Assembly (NCBI GenBank): GCA_963762465.1
Contig: CAVXKS010000011.1
Location: 370,356 to 434,355 of the forward strand
DNA: 64,000 nt
Source: an uncultured Acidobacteriaceae bacterium
Lineage (GTDB): Bacteria > Acidobacteriota > Terriglobia > Terriglobales > Acidobacteriaceae
Direction: 5' to 3'
The first letter of the stretch is position 1; each line of letters starts with the position of its first letter. Made by a program: the position numbers and the translations under genes. The notes below the pieces were generated by a model, which worked only from the letters and a program-made list of their open reading frames with translations, made no database searches and had not been told where the DNA came from. Below are positions 1 through 9,697 of this stretch, piece by piece.

Positions 1-1
1 T

Positions 2-1384
2 TACGCATCAGGCAAGTCGATCACCTTATCGCTTCCAGCGGATCTCGACATCAACATCGCAGCCAGCGGGTTGCGGCGCGTGCGTTTCATGGCCCAGTCG
101 CCGGATGGCCGGATCTTCGCCACGGGCATGTACAACCTGGCGGACAACACCCGCGGCAGCGTCTTCATCCTCGACGGCTGGGACGCGAAGACCCACGCCT
201 TCACGAAGATCACTCACTACCTCGACCACCTCCGCAATCCCAACAATCTCGCCTTCTGGACCGACGCAGAAAGCCACCAGAGCTGGCTTTACCTGCCGCT
301 AACGGACAAGCTCGTCCGCTACAAATACAACCCCGGCGACCTGCATCCCACCTCTGCGCCGCAGACGCTCATTCGTTTCCCAGACTACGGCCTCAACTAC
401 AAGTACGGCGGCTGGCACCTGACCCGCACGGTCGCCGTCGCCAATCTGCACGGTCAAACCCGCGTTTACGTCGCGGCCGGCTCCTCCTGCAACTATTGTC
501 AGGAGCGCGAGGTTCTGCGAGCAGCAGTGGTCAGCATCAATCCGGACGGAACCGATCAGCGGCTCGTCGCGCAAGGACTTCGCAATGCCGTCGATCTGCG
601 CTTCATCCCGGATCTCGACGGAGGCGCTCTCTTCGCCACCAACATGGGTGACGACCATCTCGGCGACAAGCTGCCCGAGGACACATTCTTCGAGCTCGAC
701 TCGGCGATGCACCCCGGGCCGATTACAAATTCACCTCCGCCAAACTACGGCTGGCCGACGTGTTACTTCGCAAACGGCAAGCCTGCCCACGACACAACAC
801 TGCTGCCCGAGATGCCGCCGCCCGGCGACCTCTCTACGGAATCCGAGCGCCCACCCAACGCCGGCGTTCCCTCCCACGGCGTTAACACGACGCAACCCAA
901 GCTCAGCGCCAGCAACAACAGCGGCGACTCTGTGTACGGCGAGCAATCCTCCGGCATCGCCGCCGCGGGCACCAACCTCGCCGCGCAGAACCGGGGCGCC
1001 GACCCCAACGCGAACCTCGGCGTCCCGCCCAAACCTCTCTCCAAGTGCAGCTCCGTCCCGCCGGCCTACAGCACCTTCGCGGCGCACAGCTCTCCGCTCG
1101 GTATGGCTTATTTCGGCCCAGACAATCCGCTGCTCGGCTCGAGCTTCCTGGTCGCGCTGCATGGCGCAGGCCACCCGCGCATCGGCACCGGGTACCGCAT
1201 TGTCCGCTTCACACCCGCAGACCGCATTCCGCAGCGTTTCATCACCGGCTTCCTCACCAACGTCGCAGGCAAACCCGTCGTTCACGGTCGGCCCTGCGGC
1301 ATCCTCCGCCTCGGCCCTGACACTTTCCTCCTCACCGATGACTTCCTCGGCCTCGTCTACTACGTGCACCCGAAACCCAAGTGA
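2..1384 (+). CDS. PQQ-dependent glucose/sorbosone dehydrogenase-family beta-propeller (5' end outside window)
   Basis: Frame is open from base 2. Motifs GLRNAVDLRF, NYGWPTCY, HSSPLGMAY, GRPCGI are typical of the family. About 90 aa low-complexity insertion in the middle. Confidence 0.8.
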   Translation, partial: YASGKSITLSLPADLDINIAASGLRRVRFMAQSPDGRIFATGMYNLADNTRGSVFILDGWDAKTHAFTKITHYLDHLRNPNNLAFWTDAESHQSWLYLPLTDKLVRYKYNPGDLHPTSAPQTLIRFPDYGLNYKYGGWHLTRTVAVANLHGQTRVYVAAGSSCNYCQEREVLRAAVVSINPDGTDQRLVAQGLRNAVDLRFIPDLDGGALFATNMGDDHLGDKLPEDTFFELDSAMHPGPITNSPPPNYGWPTCYFANGKPAHDTTLLPEMPPPGDLSTESERPPNAGVPSHGVNTTQPKLSASNNSGDSVYGEQSSGIAAAGTNLAAQNRGADPNANLGVPPKPLSKCSSVPPAYSTFAAHSSPLGMAYFGPDNPLLGSSFLVALHGAGHPRIGTGYRIVRFTPADRIPQRFITGFLTNVAGKPVVHGRPCGILRLGPDTFLLTDDFLGLVYYVHPKPK

Positions 1385-1434
1385 ATAGTGAACGAACGCC
1401 ATAGAGCCGGCTTTGGCCTCTTCACTATTCACTT
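1379..1434. repeat. 14-bp perfect inverted repeat built from heptamer units
   Basis: AAGTGAATAGTGAA (1379-1392) is the reverse complement of TTCACTATTCACTT (1421-1434); further TTCACTA units run to about 1447. Confidence 0.8.
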
Positions 1435-1471
1435 TTCACTATTCACTGCCGCCCCGCTACACTTGAACGCG

Positions 1472-1816
1472 ATGGCCATGCTTGACGAACCCACCTTTCG
1501 CCGCGAATCCGACGCCGCCCTCGAAGCGCTAAAGCAATCGCTCATCCGTGCCGAAGAAGTAGTTGGAGGCTTTGAGACCGAGGAAAAGAACGGCGTCCTC
1601 AACGTGCTCTTCGATGACAACTCCGCCAAATTCGTCTTCACCCCAAACACCCCCGTTCGGCAGGTCTGGATCTCTGCCCAGTCCACCTCCTTCAAGCTTG
1701 AATGGAACGACTCCGCCCACGCCTTCACCCTCCCCCGTACCGGCGAAGAACTCCGCTCCCTCACTGAGCGCCTCCTCCGTGAACAGCTCAACGAACCCTC
1801 CCTCAAGCTGGACTAA
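1472..1816 (+). CDS. cyaY: iron donor protein CyaY/frataxin family
   Basis: MAMLDEPTFRRESDAAL...GVLNVLF...TPVRQVWISA..SFKLEW. Start set at ATG 1472; the upstream extension is repeat DNA. Confidence 0.8.
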   Translation: MAMLDEPTFRRESDAALEALKQSLIRAEEVVGGFETEEKNGVLNVLFDDNSAKFVFTPNTPVRQVWISAQSTSFKLEWNDSAHAFTLPRTGEELRSLTERLLREQLNEPSLKLD

Positions 1817-1898
1817 TCCCGTGCTTCGCGAATCTAATAGTTCGGCCGTGCTTACAGATACAGCACCAACGTACTATCGCTTCACCAGCACCCCGAAG

Positions 1899-2681
1899 AT
1901 GCCGCTGCTCTCTGTCGCGATCATCACGCTCAACGAGGAGGCCAACCTCGCTCGCACTCTCGAGAGTGTCTCGTGGGCCGACGAGATCATCGTCGTCGAC
2001 TCCGGCTCGACCGACCGAACCGCCGAAATCGCCCGTAACTTCAACGCACGGGTAATCGAGCACCTCTGGACTGGCTTCGCCGCTCAGAAGAACTTCGCGC
2101 TCTCCCAGTGCATGGGTGACTGGATTCTCTCGCTCGACGCGGACGAGGAACTCTCCACCGAACTCCAGTTCCAGATGCAATCGCTGCTGATGACGAAGCC
2201 GACCGCCGACGCCTTCTTCCTCAAGCGCCGCAACCTCTTCCTCGGCCGGTGGATCAAGCACGGTGGCTTCTACCCGGATCCCAAGCTTCGCCTCTTCCGC
2301 CGCTCCGCCGCCAATTTCGTCCAGACGCCGCAGTTTGAAGAGCGCCCGGTTCACGAGACCATCGTCTTCAACGGCATCTCCCGCACGCTCGACTACGACC
2401 TCATCCACCACGCTTATCCGACGCTCTCGACCTACATCGAGCACATGGACCGCTACAGCTCGCTAGGGGCCGAACTGCTGATTGCGAAAGGCCGCACCAG
2501 CCGCTCCGCACTCAGCTTCGCCTTCAACGTCTGGTTGATCCCGCAGCTCACCTTCATCTGGAACTACATCTTCCGGCTCGGTTTCCTCGACGGCCGCGAG
2601 GGCCTGCTGCTGCACCTCTACCACGCCATCTACACCAGCTGGAAGTACGCAAAGGCTTGGGAGCGAGCAAGGAAGAGTTAG
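1899..2681 (+). CDS. glycosyltransferase family 2 (WaaE/KdtX-like)
   Basis: LSVAIITLNEE, VVDSGSTD, LSLDADE, GFLDGREG motifs. Confidence 0.9.
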   Translation: MPLLSVAIITLNEEANLARTLESVSWADEIIVVDSGSTDRTAEIARNFNARVIEHLWTGFAAQKNFALSQCMGDWILSLDADEELSTELQFQMQSLLMTKPTADAFFLKRRNLFLGRWIKHGGFYPDPKLRLFRRSAANFVQTPQFEERPVHETIVFNGISRTLDYDLIHHAYPTLSTYIEHMDRYSSLGAELLIAKGRTSRSALSFAFNVWLIPQLTFIWNYIFRLGFLDGREGLLLHLYHAIYTSWKYAKAWERARKS

Positions 2682-2760
2682 GAACTTAGGAGCCAGGGTC
2701 AGGACGGACTCCACCCTTTCAACCTAACTCGCTAACTTCCTCACTCCCTAGCTCCTCCCT
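2678..2760. repeat. convergent 8-mer tandem repeats between converging genes
   Basis: TTAGGAAC/TTAGGAGC after the GT2 stop, and CTAACTCG CTAACTTC CTCACTCC CTAGCTCC after the SDR stop on the other strand. Confidence 0.65.
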
Positions 2761-3500
2761 TACCAAGGAATCATCTCCGCCCCATGAAAATACCCGCCGG
2801 TGGGCCCATCGTCCGGCAGCGTCGCCAGTTCCACAATGGTCTTCGCTCCATCCTCCACGGTCAGCGGAGCCGCGCTCCCGCCCATATCCGTCTTCGCCCA
2901 CCCAGGATGCGCCGAGTTCACCTTGATCTTCGTCCCGCGCAGCTCGTGCGCCAGATGAATCGTCAGCATATTCAGCGCCGCCTTGGACGAGTTATACGCA
3001 AACAGCTTCGTCGTATACGTCGGCGATCCCTTCGTCCCCTGCAGCGTCACCGATCCCAGAATGCTCGACACATTCACGATCCGCCCCGCCTTGGCCCTCT
3101 TCAGCGCCGGCAGCAGCGCCTTCGTCAGCGCAAACGGTGCCAGCACATTCGTCTCATAAGTCGAGCGAACATCCTCGACCTTGATCTCGCTGGTAATGTT
3201 GCTCGTCCAGCTCTTCTCCACCATCTGACCGGCGTTGTTTACCAGCACATCCAGCACGCCGCCGAACTCCTCGTCGATCAGCCGCGCCACCGCGTCGATG
3301 TCCGCCTGTGAGTTCACGTCCAGCTTCACCGCGATAACGTCCAGACCTTCGCCACGCAGCTTCTCCGCAGCGGCCTTGCCCTTGTCCACGTCGCGCGCGC
3401 CCAGTAGCACCTTGTAACCCATTTTGCCGAGCTGCCGCGCCGTCTCGAACCCCAGCCCCTTGTTCGCTCCGCTGATCAGCACCACGCCCATGTCATCCAT
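2760..3500 (-). CDS. SDR family oxidoreductase (carbonyl reductase-like)
   Basis: SGANKGLG, LVNNAG, YNSSKAA, VNSAHPGWAKTDMGG. Confidence 0.92.
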   Translation of the reverse strand: MDDMGVVLISGANKGLGFETARQLGKMGYKVLLGARDVDKGKAAAEKLRGEGLDVIAVKLDVNSQADIDAVARLIDEEFGGVLDVLVNNAGQMVEKSWTSNITSEIKVEDVRSTYETNVLAPFALTKALLPALKRAKAGRIVNVSSILGSVTLQGTKGSPTYTTKLFAYNSSKAALNMLTIHLAHELRGTKIKVNSAHPGWAKTDMGGSAAPLTVEDGAKTIVELATLPDDGPTGGYFHGAEMIPW

Positions 3501-3505
3501 CCGCC

Positions 3506-3943
3506 TTATCCCTCGCTCCCGTCATTTGCGCCCGATCGGTGTACCAGCGCCTGAAACTGTTTTGCATACCGCTCCGGCATGTCACGTTTCTTCATATCGC
3601 GCCCAACCACCAGGTGAACCGTTTCTCCCTCGCAGAGCAACTGCTCGTCCGTGGCGCGCACCACAGCATACCTGAAGCGCACAATCGATCCGCGAACACC
3701 CGCCAGCGTCGTCCGCACGATCAGCTCGTCGTCATACCGCGCCGGAGCCTTGTACCGCGCCGTGGCCTCCACCACCGCAATCATCGCGTTCTCTTCCTTC
3801 TCCATCGTGCGGTAGTCCATCCCCATCTGCCGGATGAACTCCACCCTGCCCACCTCGAACCACACCAGATAGTTCGCGTGATACACCACGCCCATCTGGT
3901 CGGTCTCCGCGTAGCGCACGCGCACCCGGGTCTCTGCCGTCAT
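3506..3943 (-). CDS. acyl-CoA thioesterase, YbgC/FadM (4HBT) family
   Basis: RVRYAETDQMGVVYHANYLVWFEVGR. ATG at 3943 overlaps the stop of the M23 gene. Confidence 0.9.
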   Translation of the reverse strand: MTAETRVRVRYAETDQMGVVYHANYLVWFEVGRVEFIRQMGMDYRTMEKEENAMIAVVEATARYKAPARYDDELIVRTTLAGVRGSIVRFRYAVVRATDEQLLCEGETVHLVVGRDMKKRDMPERYAKQFQALVHRSGANDGSEG

Positions 3944-4980
3944 CGTCTCTCCACCACATCGCCGCGTACCGGCTCGGCGTTCTTCCTGTGTTTGCCGTTC
4001 ACCTTCACGCGGTCGAACGCAGCCGGCAGGCCCTCGGCGTCGTTCAGATCTTTCGTCGTTTGCAGGTTGTACTCCAGTCGCGCAAACTGCGAATCCCCAC
4101 TGTTGCCAACCTCCGCGATTTGTTGCCCGCCCTTCACCTGGTCTCCGCGGTTCACCGTCACGCTTCCCTGCTTCAGATGCGAGTACACGCTGAACTCGCC
4201 GTTCCCATGATCGATTACCACGACGTTGCCGTGCTTTACGTCGGCATTCGGATGGTACGGGGAGCTGTCCGCGCAATCGTCAACCACGGCGACCACCGTT
4301 CCATTCGCGTCTGCGAGCACCGGCTGCCCGTAGGCGAACCACTCCTCATTCGTCATTCCATCGTGAGAAAACAGTTGCCCGCCATTCAGCAACACGATCT
4401 CGTCCGCAAAACGCTCGTTCGTCGTGACCGCATGCTCGTTCTCCGATACCATCCGCCCGCCCTGGTAGATCATCCATTCGCCCTTGAGCGGGAAGGTCAG
4501 CTTTGTCTTGTCACGGTAGTTCAGGTATTTCGACTCCGCCGGCCTCGCCTCCTCCGTGATGTGAAACTCCTCAATCGTTCCGCTGCCGCTGAACGTGAAG
4601 CTGACCACCATCGGGTAATCCGCATCGTGATACATCACAATCCTGCGGTACTGCATCGCCGCCGGTGGCAGCGGCACCGCACTCTGATGCAGCACCTTGG
4701 TTTCTTTGCCAAAGTATTTCGCCATGTGCTCCGTGAACGCCTTCAGCACACTCTGGTCTTTGACTGCGCCTTGCATCGCCGCCGACATCTGCGTCCACAG
4801 CGCGACGTCATCACCGGCGTAGAAGCGCTGCATGTCCTCGTCTCCGACCTCGACGGCTCGCTCCGGCGTGAGCGTCAGAAACGCCGCTCCACCGCCATGC
4901 ATCTCCGAGCCGGCCGGCATCTGCTGCGCGCCCGCACATCCCGCCACTGCAACCATCACCGCCAGGCACACGAGCTTCAT
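3940..4980 (-). CDS. secreted/lipoprotein M23 (LytM)-domain protein with degenerate Zn site
   Basis: Signal/lipobox-like N-terminus. GNVVVIDHG..YSHLKQGSV..G..V..GQQIAEVGNSG is the M23 core, but ARLEY stands where PHLHF is expected. Confidence 0.85.
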   Translation of the reverse strand: MKLVCLAVMVAVAGCAGAQQMPAGSEMHGGGAAFLTLTPERAVEVGDEDMQRFYAGDDVALWTQMSAAMQGAVKDQSVLKAFTEHMAKYFGKETKVLHQSAVPLPPAAMQYRRIVMYHDADYPMVVSFTFSGSGTIEEFHITEEARPAESKYLNYRDKTKLTFPLKGEWMIYQGGRMVSENEHAVTTNERFADEIVLLNGGQLFSHDGMTNEEWFAYGQPVLADANGTVVAVVDDCADSSPYHPNADVKHGNVVVIDHGNGEFSVYSHLKQGSVTVNRGDQVKGGQQIAEVGNSGDSQFARLEYNLQTTKDLNDAEGLPAAFDRVKVNGKHRKNAEPVRGDVVERR

Positions 4981-5036
4981 GCGAGCAGCTTACCAGCGGA
5001 AGCAATCTCCTTTGGCTCTCGCTGTCCGTGCATTTC

Positions 5037-5837
5037 CTAATCCCTGATCCCTGACCCGTGATCCCTGTCTTTCCACACCGGCTTCCGCTTCTCCAGAAAC
5101 GAAGCCACGCCTTCCCGAAAATTCGCCGTCTGCCTGCCTTCGGCATTCGCTTCCATGGCCAGCTCCAGCGCGGTTTCCATCCACTCGCGCTGCTGCCCGC
5201 GCAACAGCCGCTTCGTCGCCCGCATCCCTTGCGGCGAGTTCCGCATCAGCTCGCCGGCAAGCTCCGCCGCCCGCGCCTGGAGCGCCTCTCGGGCCACAAC
5301 CTCCGTCACCAGCCCCAGCCGCCGCGCCTCGTCCGCGTCGAAGATCCGCGCGCTCAGCAGCAACTCCCGCGCGACCTTCGCTCCCACCTGCAGCGACAGG
5401 TACGCGCTCACCAGCGCGGGCACAAACCCGATCCGAACCTCGGTATACCCAAAGCGCGCCTCCGGCGCCGCGAGCGTGAAATCGCACATCGTTGCCAGTC
5501 CGGTTCCACCCGCGATGGCCGGACCCTGCACGACTGCAATGGTCGGCAGATCGCACTCCCACACCGCGCGAAACATCCGCGCCACGCGCGCAGCTTCAAT
5601 CCGATGCTGCTCCGCGCTCAATCCCGTAATCGCCCGCAGCACGCCCAGATCAAGCCCCGCGCAGAACGCCTCTCCCTCACCTGCGAGCACCACGACGCGC
5701 GCCCCTGCATCCTCCGCGCCCTCAATCGCCACAGTCAGCTCTTCCTGCAGCTCCGGCGTCAGCGCATTCCGCTTCTCCGGACGATTCAGGCGAATCGTCC
5801 GAACCCCACCATCATCCTCCACCCGCACCAAACTCAT
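5037..5837 (-). CDS. enoyl-CoA hydratase family, probable methylglutaconyl-CoA hydratase
   Basis: LNRPEKRNAL, FCAGLDL, IAGGTGL, FGYTEVRIG. Clustered with HMG-CoA lyase and MCC beta. Confidence 0.85.
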   Translation of the reverse strand: MSLVRVEDDGGVRTIRLNRPEKRNALTPELQEELTVAIEGAEDAGARVVVLAGEGEAFCAGLDLGVLRAITGLSAEQHRIEAARVARMFRAVWECDLPTIAVVQGPAIAGGTGLATMCDFTLAAPEARFGYTEVRIGFVPALVSAYLSLQVGAKVARELLLSARIFDADEARRLGLVTEVVAREALQARAAELAGELMRNSPQGMRATKRLLRGQQREWMETALELAMEANAEGRQTANFREGVASFLEKRKPVWKDRDHGSGIRD

Positions 5838-5875
5838 TTTTTCCTAACTCCCTAACCGCTCACTCCTAGTTCTGT

Positions 5876-6739
5876 CTACTGCACCGCCTGCCCATACCTC
5901 TTCCCAATCTCCACGCTGCGCTGCATCAGCACATCCAGCGGTTCAATCTCCGGCACGTCCGCCCCCATGTCGCGCAATGCCGCCAGCAGCACCTCCGTCG
6001 CCAGGTTCCCGACCAGCGCATCCTGAGCGAACGGACATCCGCCCAGCCCTGCAATCGCTCCATCAAACCGCCGGCAGCCCGCCTCGAACGCCGCCACCAC
6101 CTTCGCCGCGGCCTCATCCGGACGCGTGTGCATGTGCACGCCCACCTCCAGGCCGTCGTGGACATCCAGCACGAGCCGCATGACATCGTGGATCAAGTCT
6201 GCGCTCGCCACACCCGCGGTGTCTGCGAGCGACACCTGCGCCACTCCCGCATCCACCAGCAGATCCACCGCGCTCACCACCTCATCGATGTCCCACGTGT
6301 CACCATAAGGATTCCCGAACGCCATGGAGAGATAGGCGACCATGTCTAACCCCGCCTTGTATGCAATCTCGCCAATCTGCTCCAACTGATCCAGCGCGTC
6401 CTCCGGCGACTGCCGCTGGTTACGCTCCAGAAATGTCGGCGAGATCGAGTACGGAAACCCCAGGGTCGTGACGCGCCCCGTCTTCACCGCTCGGTCAGCC
6501 CCCTTCGCATTCACCACGATCCCGATGATCTCCACATCGTCCGGCGGGTCTACAAGCTCCAGAACGGCTTCCGAGTCGGCCATCTGCGGCACGGCCTTCT
6601 CACTCACAAAGCTCGCCGCGTCGATCTGCCGAAATCCCGCCGCGATCAGCGTCCGCAGATAGTCCGCCTTCACTTCCGCAGGAATGAGCTTCGGCAGGCC
6701 CTGCCACGCATCTCGCGGACACTCGACAATCTTTACCAA
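5876..6739 (-). CDS. hydroxymethylglutaryl-CoA lyase
   Basis: ECPRDAWQG, SLADTAG, GVHMH, GLGGCPFA. TTG start preceded by GAGGAG. Confidence 0.9.
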   Translation of the reverse strand: MVKIVECPRDAWQGLPKLIPAEVKADYLRTLIAAGFRQIDAASFVSEKAVPQMADSEAVLELVDPPDDVEIIGIVVNAKGADRAVKTGRVTTLGFPYSISPTFLERNQRQSPEDALDQLEQIGEIAYKAGLDMVAYLSMAFGNPYGDTWDIDEVVSAVDLLVDAGVAQVSLADTAGVASADLIHDVMRLVLDVHDGLEVGVHMHTRPDEAAAKVVAAFEAGCRRFDGAIAGLGGCPFAQDALVGNLATEVLLAALRDMGADVPEIEPLDVLMQRSVEIGKRYGQAVQ

Positions 6740-6786
6740 GCAAAGCTCCTCGCTAATCGAGTCACACTCTTGAAGGCCACGTCTTG

Positions 6787-7239
6787 TTAGTGGGTGTCCT
6801 TGGAGTCTAACGGAACCAGCACCACCGTAGACTTGACGCTTGCTGGCGAGCCCTCCCAGATCGGATTGCCCCCATTAAGAATCGCCATGTTCGATTCCCT
6901 GCCGAGAAACACCACCACATAGGCCTTTGGCCCCGAGGAAACGAAAGGAGTCTGCGAAGAGAGCGTTCCGATAATTCGCCCGATCCACGAAGCGCTCGTG
7001 GTCAGGCTCGCGAAATGCGCCCGGCCATACGCATCCGATTCCATGTCGACAATATGATCCTGCGAATCCGCCGAGTAGTTACGATAAATCTCGCGAACCA
7101 GCGCGCCCTTAATCGGAGCTCCGGAAGGATCAACAACGTCCAGCGTCCAATCAGGTGCCGTCATCGTGCCGTAGGGAATTGAGCCCACAACCAGGAAAAT
7201 GCCCAGCGCCACTATCGTGAGTAATCGAGCCATATTCAC
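6787..7239 (-). CDS. hypothetical secreted/membrane-anchored protein (lower GC)
   Basis: N-terminal hydrophobic helix; VVDPSGAPIKGALV resembles a prealbumin-like/carboxypeptidase-regulatory start. Confidence 0.55.
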   Translation of the reverse strand: MNMARLLTIVALGIFLVVGSIPYGTMTAPDWTLDVVDPSGAPIKGALVREIYRNYSADSQDHIVDMESDAYGRAHFASLTTSASWIGRIIGTLSSQTPFVSSGPKAYVVVFLGRESNMAILNGGNPIWEGSPASVKSTVVLVPLDSKDTH

Positions 7240-7263
7240 GCCTGGGTCACCCAGTTTTATCCT

Positions 7264-7542
7264 TTAATCGATTGTTCTCTTTCTACTGCGCCCAAAAGCC
7301 CATGCACTCACGCAACACACTACAACGCCACTCACAATACTCCAACGCATCCACGGCAACATGCCAAAATCCATTGCCGTACACAAATCGAGCGGCACAC
7401 CGGAAGCATTAGCTTGCACTGTACTGCAGGAATGCAGCCCATGCTCCGATCGGCATTCGTATGTCTCTCCAGCGCCGAACGAGCCTGGCACCACAATCAG
7501 AAGAACCGCGACAAAGAAGCTCCAGACCGCGAACCGCCTCAC
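7264..7542 (-). CDS. hypothetical small membrane protein (lower GC)
   Basis: 92 aa, two hydrophobic segments around a Cys-containing loop. Start overlaps the MCC stop. Confidence 0.5.
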   Translation of the reverse strand: MRRFAVWSFFVAVLLIVVPGSFGAGETYECRSEHGLHSCSTVQANASGVPLDLCTAMDFGMLPWMRWSIVSGVVVCCVSAWAFGRSRKRTID

Positions 7543-9263
7543 GTCTGAATCACCCCCGGATTAAACCTCGCGACCTCCGGATTCAGCGCACACGCCTCGA
7601 GCGCCGTCATCAGCACCTCGCGCGTCTCCGCCGGGTCAATGATCGCATCCACCCACAGCCGCGCCGCGCCGTACCGCGGGTCCGCCTGCGCATCATACGT
7701 CGCCTTGATCTCGTCGTAGAGCGCCTTCTTCTCATCATCGCCCAAATGCTTCCCTCCGCGCTCCATCTGCTTCACCCGAACCTCAACAAGAGTATTCGCC
7801 GCGCTCGCTCCGCTCATCACCGCATACCGCGCCGTCGGCCACGCGAAGACAAACCGCGGATCGTACGCCTTGCCGCACATCGCGTAGTGCCCCGCGCCAA
7901 AGCTCCCACCGATGATGACCGTAATCTTCGGCACCACGCTCGTGCTTACCGCGCTCACCATCTTCGCGCCTGCGCGAATGATTCCCGACCACTCCGCATC
8001 CTTTCCCACCATGAACCCATTCACATCATGCAGAAACACCAGCGGCACAAGCTGCTGATTGCAGTCCATGATGAACCGCGCCGCCTTCTGCGCACTCTCG
8101 GTGTAGATCACGCCGCCAAACTCCGTGCGCTTCTCGCCCTGCTGCGGCCCCATCGCCACCGTCATCTGCTGATGCATCTTCTGGTTCGCGACAATCCCCA
8201 CCGCGCGCCCGCCAATCCGCGCATAGCCACACACCACCGTTCGCCCAAACTCCGCCTTGTACTCATCGAACTCGCTGCGGTCCACCAGCCGCGCAATCAC
8301 ATCGCGAACGTCATACGCATTCGTCGCCGCCTTCGCCGGATCAGGATCCATCAGCCCGTACAGATCCTGCTGCGCATACAGCGGCTTATCCCGCTCTGCA
8401 TCAAACTCCACCCGCGAAAACGGCGCACTCGTCCTCTCGCCAATCTTCCCCACCAAACTCCTCAACCTCTCAATACACGCCTCATCATCCTTCTCCTTGA
8501 AATCAACCGTCCCCGACACCTCCGCATGCATCGCAGCGCCGCCCAGCTCCTCCGCCGGCGTCTTCTGCCCGATCGCCGCCTGCACCAGCGCCGGCCCCGC
8601 CAAAAATAATCCAGATCCCTCCGTCATCAGCACCGTGTCTGTCATAACCGGCAGGTACGCTCCGCCCGCCACACACATCCCCATGATGGCCGTAATCTGC
8701 GGCACGCCCAGCGAGCTCATCACCGCGTTGTTGCGAAACACCCGCCCGAAGTCGTCCTGGTCCGGAAACACATCCTCCTGCAGCGGCAGAAACACCCCTG
8801 ACGAGTCCACCAGGTACAGCGTTGGAATCCGATTCTCCAGCGCAATTGTCTGCGCCCGAATCACCTTCTTCGCGGTCATCGGGAAGAACGCGCCCGCCTT
8901 CACCGTCGCGTCATTCGCCACCACAAGGCACAGCTTGCCAGCTACACGCCCCAGCCCGGCCACGGCTCCCGCGCCCGGAGCCCCACCCCACTCGCCGTAC
9001 ATCCCATACGCCGCCCACAACCCGAGCTCGGTCCAGTCAGAGCCCTTATCCAGCAGCAACCCCAGCCGTTCCCGCGCGGTCAGCCGCCCCTTGGCATGCT
9101 GGGCCTCTACCGCCTTCGCGCCGCCACCCTCGCGAATTCGCGCCTCCTCGGCCCGAACCTCCTCGAGCAGCCGAAGCGTCGCCTCCCGATTCCTCTCAAA
9201 CTTTGCCGCCGTCGTGTCCAGCCGCGACTCAAGCCGGTTCCCTGCCTTCGCGCCTCCAGCCAT
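7539..9263 (-). CDS. acyl-CoA carboxylase carboxyltransferase (methylcrotonyl-CoA carboxylase beta-like)
   Basis: GRLTARERL, ANDATVKAG, DSSGVFLP, GMCVAGGAY, GGSFGAGHYAMCG. Confidence 0.92.
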   Translation of the reverse strand: MAGGAKAGNRLESRLDTTAAKFERNREATLRLLEEVRAEEARIREGGGAKAVEAQHAKGRLTARERLGLLLDKGSDWTELGLWAAYGMYGEWGGAPGAGAVAGLGRVAGKLCLVVANDATVKAGAFFPMTAKKVIRAQTIALENRIPTLYLVDSSGVFLPLQEDVFPDQDDFGRVFRNNAVMSSLGVPQITAIMGMCVAGGAYLPVMTDTVLMTEGSGLFLAGPALVQAAIGQKTPAEELGGAAMHAEVSGTVDFKEKDDEACIERLRSLVGKIGERTSAPFSRVEFDAERDKPLYAQQDLYGLMDPDPAKAATNAYDVRDVIARLVDRSEFDEYKAEFGRTVVCGYARIGGRAVGIVANQKMHQQMTVAMGPQQGEKRTEFGGVIYTESAQKAARFIMDCNQQLVPLVFLHDVNGFMVGKDAEWSGIIRAGAKMVSAVSTSVVPKITVIIGGSFGAGHYAMCGKAYDPRFVFAWPTARYAVMSGASAANTLVEVRVKQMERGGKHLGDDEKKALYDEIKATYDAQADPRYGAARLWVDAIIDPAETREVLMTALEACALNPEVARFNPGVIQT

Positions 9264-9343
9264 GCATCCCCGATCCACAAACACTAGAAAACTCGCGAAG
9301 GATAGCATGCCAATGTCATACTGTCCCGCGCGGGAGATGCATC

Positions 9344-9691
9344 ATGGCCACACTCACCAAAACGACAACCTGGCCCCAGACCGAAGCCACCGTCGAGTCC
9401 TCCACCCAGCACCACTGCGACTTTGCCAGTGCCGGCGGCCACGTCGGCCAGGAGTACTCCATCATCTTCCGGTATCAGGTCAACGGCCGCCCCTACACCG
9501 GCGAGTTCGAATGCAGCCGGCCCTGGGAGGTCGGCTCCAGATTCTGCATCAGCTACGACCCCCACGACCCCGAAACCAACACCATGTGCGATCACAAAGG
9601 CGAGCGCTGGGTCTACTACATCCTGGCCGTCGTCGCCGTGCTCGCCTTCATCGCCTACTTCTGGATTCGCCACGAGCGCATCGGGTATTAG
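9344..9691 (+). CDS. DUF3592-like membrane-anchored protein (paralog 1)
   Basis: WPQTEATV...YSIIFRYQVNGRPYTG...ISYDPHDP plus C-terminal TM helix; GGGAG SD. Confidence 0.7.
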   Translation: MATLTKTTTWPQTEATVESSTQHHCDFASAGGHVGQEYSIIFRYQVNGRPYTGEFECSRPWEVGSRFCISYDPHDPETNTMCDHKGERWVYYILAVVAVLAFIAYFWIRHERIGY

Positions 9692-9697
9692 ACGGAA

